A stretch of DNA of 64,000 bases. Source: Squalus acanthias. Its lineage: Eukaryota. Shown in pieces: positions 58,447-64,000 of this stretch. The position numbers were made by a program, and so were the translations under genes. The notes under the pieces are model-generated. The model saw only the letters and a program-made list of their open reading frames with translations. It did no database searches and was not told the origin of the DNA. How positions within the stretch are numbered: position 1 is the stretch's first letter; every line of letters starts with the position of its first letter. The DNA is taken from contig CM059432.1 of NCBI GenBank assembly GCA_030390025.1, forward strand, positions 47,928,001 to 47,992,000, given 5' to 3'.

Positions 58447-58829
58447 TGTGAAACACAGTTAATGCTGTGTTGATCAACTATTTTTAATTAAGTAGTTAGG
58501 AAAAAGTTATACGGGTAATGAATAGTGCGGGGGAAGAAACTACAGAGACTCTACTCACCGGGACAAAGTTAATGGGTTGAATGACCTGCTTGCTAAAATA
58601 GCAGAGAACTATTAGATGGTATAAATATCATCTCAATAAGGCAGTGAAAACACATTCCTACTCTTCCTGATCATAAATCTAAATCCAAACATTTTGGACA
58701 TTTCCTATAGACAAAGATAAGCAAATATTCTGTGAAACACAATAGCCTTTTATTTTAAGCGGCATCCATTAACATTTTCCAGTTGCTGAGCAGTATATCT
58801 GGCAGCACTAATCAAAAAGCCTTTTTGCG

Positions 58830-59236
58830 GTGTCAGTGATAGTACTTTCACCTCTGGGTCAGAAGATCATGCATTCAAGCCCCATTCTAGGACTTTAGCA
58901 CATATTCTAGGCTGACATTTCACTGTAGTACTGAGGAACTGCTATGCTGCCTTTTGGATGAGATGTTAATCTGAGGACCTGCCTGCTCTCTTGGGTGGAT
59001 TTGAATGGTCCCAAGGCATTATTCGAAGAAGTGCAAGGAAGCACTCCTGGGGTCCTCAACCAACATCACTAAACAAATTATCTGGTCATTTATCTCATTG
59101 ATGTCTGTAAGATCTTGCTGTGCGCAAATTGGCTGCCGTAATTCCCTGTATTATAACAGTGACTACACTGCAAAAGTAATTTATGGACTGTGAAGCGCTT
59201 TGGGATATCAAGGTCATGAAACACGCTATATAAATT
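58830..59236 (+). mobile_element. Deu-type SINE, decayed
   Basis: Homologous to 51966-52432. Confidence 0.75.
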
Positions 59237-59353
59237 AAGCAGGTCAGGCAGCAGCTGTGAAGAGAGAAACAGATGCTGCCTGACCTGCTGAGTTTCTCCA
59301 GCATTTTCTGTTTTTATTTCAGATTTCCAGCATCTGCAGTATTTTCTTTTTGT
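59237..59353 (+). mobile_element. Penelope-like 3' end with a short 5' inversion
   Basis: Matches 5426-5520. Exact 14-bp TSD ACGCTATATAAATT at 59223-59236 and 59354-59367. Confidence 0.82.
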
Positions 59354-60297
59354 ACGCTATATAAATTGTTATACTACAAATCACTAGAGACAATAGTTGC
59401 CTGCAATGAATAGATCATTAGAGCCACTGATGGGGTTATCACCCAAGGAACCTTTTATTAAACTGAGCAGAACTTATACCTTCCAAGCATCTCTTTATTC
59501 ACTGCACTTTAGAGAGCCACTAATATTGAGGAAATGTTCGGACTTAGATTTATGATTAGTGGGAATGTGTTTTCACTGCCTCATTGAGATGATCTTTTAT
59601 ACCATCTACCAGTTCTCTGCTATTTTATCAAGCAGCTTGCAGGTCATTCAAGCCATTAACTTTGTCCCAGTGATTGGAGTCTCTGTAATTTCTTCCCCCG
59701 CCCTATTTATTCCAACTCTCATTAAAATGTTTTTCTAGCCTCCAAACAGGGGATTCGGATGCTGCATTACTTCATTACTTGGTCACAGACTCTGTCTGCA
59801 GAAGGGTGCAGACATGTGGCACTGGCTCACCACATTTAGCATGCACAAAGAGAAGAGGCTGTCAGTTCACTGCAGGCCAGGGTTACAGTCAGGCGTGCTG
59901 CAGATGCTTTTTCTCATGCCCAATGCAAAGGGCTACATCTGAAGTCCAGTCTATGCTTCCTATACCTGAAAGATTATTTTATACACAAAGCATTCTGGGA
60001 GATAGTATCCTCTAAATGAACAATAAACCCATTTACTGTCAATATGTACGCTGGAAACAGTAACTTCACATCTTTCTGAAATATAACATTCTGACGGACC
60101 ATATATCTTAGGCTACATATCAGGTTTATAAGAAACAAAAGTAAAAGTCAATTGACAACAGGTATGTAATCATAGCAGTTCGCTTAATTTACAAAATCTG
60201 TTACAAAGCAATAAAGATCAAGAAACCTTTCTCAATTCTCTGCAGCACTTTAAACAACTTGCATTCATGATGAAATGCTTCTGAATGAGAATGACAA

Positions 60298-60482
60298 GGG
60301 GCTGTGAAATTCATCTTCGATGGGGATGCATAATAGGCGGAAGCAGATCAACCACCCCTTATACACCCTGCCCGATTTTCCTTTCCATTGCAGGCAAAGG
60401 AAAGAATCGTGTGAGCCATAAAATGGGCAGCCGCTCTGCTACCGCCCCTTCTTGCGACCCCATCAAAGCTGAATTTCACCCC
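60298..60482. mobile_element. Short Harbinger-like MITE
   Basis: GGGGCTGTGAAATTC / GAATTTCACCCC ends; TSD CAA. Confidence 0.6.
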
Positions 60483-61412
60483 CAAAATCACAGAGTCCTT
60501 GCCTCTGCTCACACGACAGTACAGCAACAAAGGCAACTATTTAACAAGCAAAAATATTTTATATGTAAACCTAGATTTAGGCAGCTTCTGGCTACAGAAT
60601 AGACCTGATGGTAATTCACCCTCTCGAATTTTCAGGACACTGGCAAGGACCCACTAATGGGACAATTGCAATGGCCTTAGTCAGATGTAAATAGTTGATA
60701 ACCTGTGCATTGATATTAATTGTTTCTGTCATTTAGATGATGTAACTCATCCACTTTTGAAGCAGCAGTCTGCATACCAGTCACAGATGTGAATTCCCTC
60801 CAATTCGACGGCCGTGAATTCCTGGGGCTGGACAGGGTGTGAGTCCCATTTCCACCCAGGTGGAGGGGCCCAGTATATGGCTGGAACCCAACAATGCTGT
60901 GGTTCAATGCTGGTCACGCCGGATCTTTAAATCCAGTGGGTTTCAGTAGGCAGATCTTCCACCTTCACCCCTACGTCAAGGAGGCATGTTGGGGAAGTTC
61001 TTGGACTTCCCCAGGAAATTCCTTATTTTATGCCCTTGAAAGACATTAACGGAACTCAAGCCCGTTGAAACCATTTCAAGGCCCCAAATAGTTACTTGAA
61101 TAAGATGATGATGCTGTGTGACTATCTTACTTATAAATAAAATACATTTTAGTTTTAGCTTGAAGGGTTATAGTCTTGTGTTGTGTTATTTGCCACATTC
61201 TGAGAGTGTGGTGGGTACCTCATGTGGTCTCCAGTGTAAAATCCCATTGTAAACGAGTAATTGTTAGTCTCATGGCCTGCTATGCCATTCGTAGTATGCA
61301 TAAGGTTACAAATTTTAGTTCACAAGTGGCTCAGTCTACTTTGGTGTGAATACATGTTTTAAGAGTGTTGGGAGAAAGCCTGAATATAGCAATTACCCCA
61401 CACAGGCATTAT

Positions 61413-61995
61413 GGGGTAGTAATTGACCCTCATTGCACCCATTTTATGAGTGAAGAACTGGCGCAATGAGGCCCCATTTCGAGGACCAACATCCTGTGCT
61501 CCAAGGACGCCTGAAAGATGTCCAGCCTGGAATTGGGTCGTGCCATTTTTCAGGCGCCCCTGGTGGCTGCCCAAAGCAAGCGTTAGGTCCCTTACACATG
61601 TAAATGAGGGTCCTAATGCCTGTCTTTCGCCCCTTTACAGAAAATAGTATGCGCTGAGCGGGGCTGGTCAGTATTCTTCAGCTTTGAAGCCAGGAGGAGC
61701 AGGATTGCACCCCCGACTCCACAGTATTTGCGAATGTGCCCCCCCCACCCCTCCACTCCTCCCCCACCATTTCCACTACTACCCCTCTTCTTTCCGGGAA
61801 TTAACTTCAGGCTGCTGCCGACAAAGCAAGTGACTTTTGTGCAGGCAAAATGGGCGAGCTACAGGTAGAGGTGCAACAGGTGCCAGCAGCTCGGTGAAAT
61901 GAAGCAAATGAGGCCCAATTTCTTGGTTGGGTTGTGTTCTCCGTGCACGTCGTTGATTATGTGCCCGAAAATGGGCCATAACCAATTTCTACCCC
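61413..61995. mobile_element. Harbinger-like MITE
   Basis: TIR GGGGTAGTAATTG / CAATTTCTACCCC; TSD TAT. Confidence 0.7.
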
Positions 61996-63719
61996 TATGT
62001 CACCCTTCTACACTAGTTGTGAATACCTTGATCTTTCGTTTACTATTTAACTTGTAGCTGCCAAATTCCAATTGCTGCACAGATTTGGCAGCATTTTACC
62101 CTGTCTCTACATTATACATTTTCACTGATGTGAGCAGCCTCTCCCTTTATTTGTTCATACATTTTTATAAGGCGCAGCCTTCCTAGTTCAATGTATTTAG
62201 CTGAGTGTCATAACAAGAGGGCTGAACATATTTTCTCCACAATAGGAAAGGTCTTACTGCTTTGATGATAGGAATCTATCACTTAGCTCGGAATCTAACG
62301 ATGATATCAGGGGCTGCATTAACCCTTTTTATACTCCAGTTGTAAATTGGCAGCTTTCAAATTAAAACAAATATGTTGTTTAGAAAGGGTTTTTTTTACA
62401 CTTATTTTAGGTCAGATTTAAAACTAGCTTAAGACAAAGCATGAGAAAAGTGAGAAGGAAACTGATTTTTGATCAAGTTTGTGTGAATAGAGCATTTAAA
62501 ATTCCTTGATGTCCCAACCCAATGTGTTGGCTAACATCCGTAATTTGACATGACCCACAGCCCATTCTGTGTCCTGGTTTGTAGGAAACCTGTAGTTTGC
62601 ACACTGGATGAGAACTAATTCAGATCAGATCGATGCAATCCAAATTTACATTGGAAATTCAATTCAATAATTAATCATTTTATTTTGGGGGGGAAATAAT
62701 AAAATTAAATTGCCTGTTCAAAGTAGGCTTATGTTCCTTTCAAGGAGGAATACCTTTCATTTTACACACAAGCTAGATATCATTGTATTTAAACTAGTGG
62801 GAATATATGGAAGAAAGAACTGATGGATATGCAAGCAGAAGAAATAGGATCTGTGTTGTGAGATTTGTTTAATGAAGCATACCCCAGAGCGACATGTAAA
62901 TTGTGTCACATCTGCAGAGTCACTCGAAAAGCCAGTGTTTGAAACTGGCTCATCTTGATCCGTGAGCTTCAAGCTCCTTCTGAGGCTGATAAGCTGTTTG
63001 ACCCTAAATATACATGGACAATAATTTATACTGTTCTCCAAGATGAAACGGGTCAGTGGAGGCAATATCCTTTGAAGTTTCTTTTTACCTCCCAGTAATA
63101 GCGAAAAGAAATGGTGAACAGTACAGGAAGAGGCAGCAACGAGAAACAGTCCTGGGTCACACTGGCTCGTTGAATCCCGAATTTCTCAAGTGTGACAAAC
63201 TGAACCTGAATCCTCAAAAAACAGTGGAGCAATTTTGTCCTATTGCTAGTGATATTAATTAATTAGGGATCGGGAAAATTGTGGGAAAAAGACATCTGTA
63301 CTAATTAAGTTCAGTAATGAATATAAATCCTGGTTGCTATGGAGATTCTAACCCTGCTGGATACACATTTGGATACTTTGCCAAACGGGTTTGTTGCACC
63401 TTTGTTGATTCTAGGAAAAAGCCTTTCCCTTTGGAGCATCTTTATGCAACCTTTAGTATTAATAAATGTGTATTCAACCATCTTATTTTAAGGGCAGTAT
63501 CGGTTACCAGGCATATTTGCAGCAAAAGCATGTCAGAAAAGTTGAATTTGTTTGAGACTGCGAAGCTAAAAATGGATTTGGAAATAAGCAGAAACTTGGA
63601 GAATTATATTGTGGTGACAATTTAAAAAACATGTATGAGTTGATATTAAAATATAAGCAGTAGTCCAAATATATTTCCATGGTACTTTGCATCATGTACA
63701 AACTACTTCAAAGTTTATT

Positions 63720-64000
63720 GGCGCAAAATTGGGATCGGTAGCGCCCATTGTTTTGACAATGGTACTGTTTGGGTACCAAATGGAGTCTGATGCGAGCGCG
63801 CACACTTGTGGGACAGATCGTGCTGGACACTATATTAGTGAGGACGTTAGCACGCACGCAGCTAACATCCACCGGAAGTATGCAGAGCAGACAATTCATG
63901 AGGTCAATCAGTGTGCAAGCTAATTTGACACCAGCGCTGCCATTTTGGACCTCAACGCTCCAGCCAACTCCCTCGCTTAAGCTCGCACAGCTGAACACGC
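63720..64000. mobile_element. Probable left end of another Harbinger-like element (runs off the window)
   Basis: GGCGCAAAATTGG start and CpG-rich subterminal motifs (GCCATTTT) like those at 11888-12200. Confidence 0.45.

Noticed and set aside
62745..63262. Coding-like unique sequence (minus-strand 62883-63003; plus-strand 63096-63262)
   Set aside because: Conflicting candidates on both strands, stops in neighbouring frames, and no recognisable protein. Unresolved without a homology search.

Overview
Eukaryotic, TE-dominated DNA, probably from a cartilaginous fish (inferred from the mix of CR1, L2, Tx1, Penelope-like, Deu-type SINE and Harbinger repeats). No complete host gene is recognisable, only one or two weak exon candidates. 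The centre (about 16.4-50.2 kb) is a single nest of insertions. A Harbinger DNA transposon carries a 1.64-kb solo LTR and an ~18-kb composite: a CR1 5' UTR piece, two head-to-tail Tx1 elements (the first with an open 1299-aa ORF2), then a CR1 body. A reversed LINE follows, then a CR1 split by a second Harbinger, which itself holds a full-length, fully open CR1. The best candidate for an under-described mechanism is in that intact CR1. ORF2 has no AUG before its endonuclease, lies in the -1 frame, and an in-phase U-UUA-AAC slippery heptamer sits directly before the ORF1 stop. This predicts a Gag-Pol-like esterase-APE-RT fusion made by -1 ribosomal frameshifting. Other highlights are a mosaic Tx1 dimer with swapped 3' UTRs, a motif shared by the CR1 and Tx1 5' UTRs, and a minimal hammerhead ribozyme in a Penelope-like fragment. 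All alignments and counts were done by eye.
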